Below the pieces are notes generated by a model. It was not told the DNA's origin, ran no database searches, and saw only the letters and a program-made list of their open reading frames with translations. Below, one piece after another: positions 63,812 through 64,000 of a stretch of 64,000 nt of DNA. This DNA is from a virus (lineage: Duplodnaviria; Caudoviricetes). The stretch is taken from positions 151,993 to 215,992 of the IMG/VR virus record IMGVR_UViG_3300033074_000233; one strand, 5' to 3'. The translations under genes and the position numbers were made by a program. Position 1 is the stretch's first letter. Each line of letters starts with the position of its first letter.

Positions 63812-64000
63812 TTACTTAACCAACAAGGAGTCACTGGCCGCTATGCTATAAGCAGGTGTGGCAACAATACTTGTCTCGAATCCTTTAATGCCGTGTACGT
63901 TGCGGAAAACAAGTTTGCCGTCCTTCTCGTAGAAATCCAGCGCCTGTTTTGGGTGCAGGTGTTCACACTTGCCGAGAGCCGCACCACAGTAAGATCAGGT
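63812..64000 (-). CDS. 3' end of probable prohead protease (partial; in-frame TGA at 63995-63997)
   Basis: T*SYCG....CEH...GIKGFETSIVATPAY..A, i.e. a Zn knuckle plus FE.S.V..PA protease motif. Confidence 0.55.

Noticed and set aside
1-64000. Genome-wide stop-codon reassignment
   Set aside because: TAA, TAG and TGA all end well-tiled genes and ATGA overlaps are common
1-64000. tRNA, rRNA, CRISPR array, integrase or reverse transcriptase
   Set aside because: No cloverleaf, repeat-spacer array or catalytic motifs recognised by eye; tRNAscan-SE and Infernal should confirm

Overview
Gene-dense segment of a large myovirus-like (jumbo) dsDNA phage genome of roughly 50% GC. From recalled motifs it most resembles RSL1/Lu11-type jumbo phages of Proteobacteria; this was not checked by search. 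Bases 1-46.6 kb form a co-directional + strand accessory block of about 100 mostly small, often ATGA-coupled genes. They include ATP-grasp, NADAR, CsrA, DHH, MazG-like, DenV, KTSC, RNA ligase, SspB-like, PcfJ, SPFH, HD, ThyA, GNAT and AAA kinase genes. This block meets a - strand late/virion block at a terminator near 46.63 kb. The late block holds a holin-like gene, two ParB-like and two GNAT-like genes, tail fibres, a topoisomerase IB, a second KTSC, a HEAT-repeat protein, a homing endonuclease and the 3' end of a probable prohead protease. Four observations stand out. (1) A ~220-nt non-coding stretch before denV folds into nested helices with two pseudoknot-type pairings. (2) Two sigma70 promoters are each bracketed by the same 13-14 bp inverted repeat with conserved geometry. 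(3) Stand-alone truncated look-alikes of sheath, capsid and portal segments, plus orphan antitoxin fragments, may act as anti-defence decoys. (4) There is a divergent SspB adaptor, a NAMPT deletion scar and an in-frame TGA at a CxxC cysteine. No tRNA, rRNA or CRISPR array was recognised. All family calls are by-eye motif recognition without database searches.
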